Shown here piece after piece: positions 63,647-64,000 of a DNA stretch of 64,000 nt (its first letter is position 1; the number at the start of each line of letters is the position of its first letter). Source of the stretch: a candidate division WOR-3 bacterium (lineage in GTDB: Bacteria > Hydrothermota > Tepidihabitantia > Tepidihabitantales > Tepidihabitantaceae); NCBI GenBank assembly GCA_037441285.1, contig JBBISL010000001.1, positions 84,611 to 148,610 of the forward strand, given 5' to 3'. Position numbers and translations under genes: made by a program. Under the pieces are notes generated by a model that saw nothing but the letters and a program-made list of their open reading frames with translations, had not been told where the DNA came from and did no database searches.

Positions 63647-64000
63647 TTAATACTCGCCGCGATTAAAAAAATAGACCGCAAGTAAGGTGGTCAAAACACT
63701 AAAAATGATAAGAAAGCCTAAATCAAAATAAGGGGAATAAAAAGAAAAACCAAGAACCAAACGCCGGACAAGGTCAACTCCATAGGTCAATGGGTTGATT
63801 CGCACCAGAAAATTGAGCCACCAGGGGATTTGACCTTGCAGGGGAAATAAAGCGCCGCTTAAAAACCACATCGGCATTATCACAAAGTTCATAATTGTCC
63901 CAAAACCTTGAAAAGAACTCATTCGCGCGGCGATTATAATGCCGATTCCGGTAAGGGCAAATGACATAACAATGATTACCAGTATTAGCGGTAATATATT
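63647..64000 (-). CDS. ABC-2 type transporter permease, C-terminal part (5' end beyond the window)
   Basis: FVIMPMWFLSGALFPL...INPLTYGVDLVRR is typical of the ABC-2 permease C-terminus. The frame stays open to the window edge. Confidence 0.7.
   Translation of the reverse strand, partial: NILPLILVIIVMSFALTGIGIIIAARMSSFQGFGTIMNFVIMPMWFLSGALFPLQGQIPWWLNFLVRINPLTYGVDLVRRLVLGFSFYSPYFDLGFLIIFSVLTTLLAVYFFNRGEY

Overview
Densely packed, mostly housekeeping chromosomal window of about 48% GC by eye. It appears to come from a diderm bacterium: BamD-like, LptE-like and LptF/LptG genes are present. Several secreted proteins carry a Por/T9SS-type C-terminal sorting domain, which suggests an FCB-superphylum-like, probably uncultivated lineage; this is inference only. 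I call about 62 protein genes, one of them interrupted (polX), and 3 tRNAs. I saw no rRNA, CRISPR array, IS element or prophage.

Main recognisable blocks:
- Minus-strand operon ffh-rpe-PASTA-fmt-def-yajC-nadD-bamD-punA-divIVA.
- thrS-infC-rpmI-rplT.
- Two orphan acyl-CoA-dehydratase-activase-related (DUF2229-like) genes, followed by an HDAC-like, GT4, deacetylase-like and GT1 cluster.
- thi4-lptE-rlmD-amidohydrolase-polX, with polX broken by one in-frame TAA.
- lptF/lptG, purM, xerD-nadB.
- An island of T9SS-tailed secreted proteins: a 909-aa protein with 14 tandem repeats, an M6 metalloprotease with FG-GAP repeats, and an M14 carboxypeptidase. The island is interleaved with a tRNA-Arg(ACG)-tadA-tRNA-Ser(CGA) unit.
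- arfB-pycB-murF-queA-purC-nitroreductase-purE.
- larA, asnS, addB-addA.
- A tightly coupled four-gene operon of uncharacterised membrane proteins (60333-63627).

The most striking sequence-level pattern is that 11 operon-first genes have a near-consensus TTGACx-N16/17-TAnnnT promoter ending only 5-8 nt before the start codon, which predicts leaderless mRNAs. Internal genes instead carry strong AGGAGG Shine-Dalgarno sites.

The best candidates for something undescribed are the four-gene membrane operon, the 14-repeat T9SS cargo protein and the activase-less DUF2229 pair. All functional calls rest on motif recognition by eye; no database search was run.
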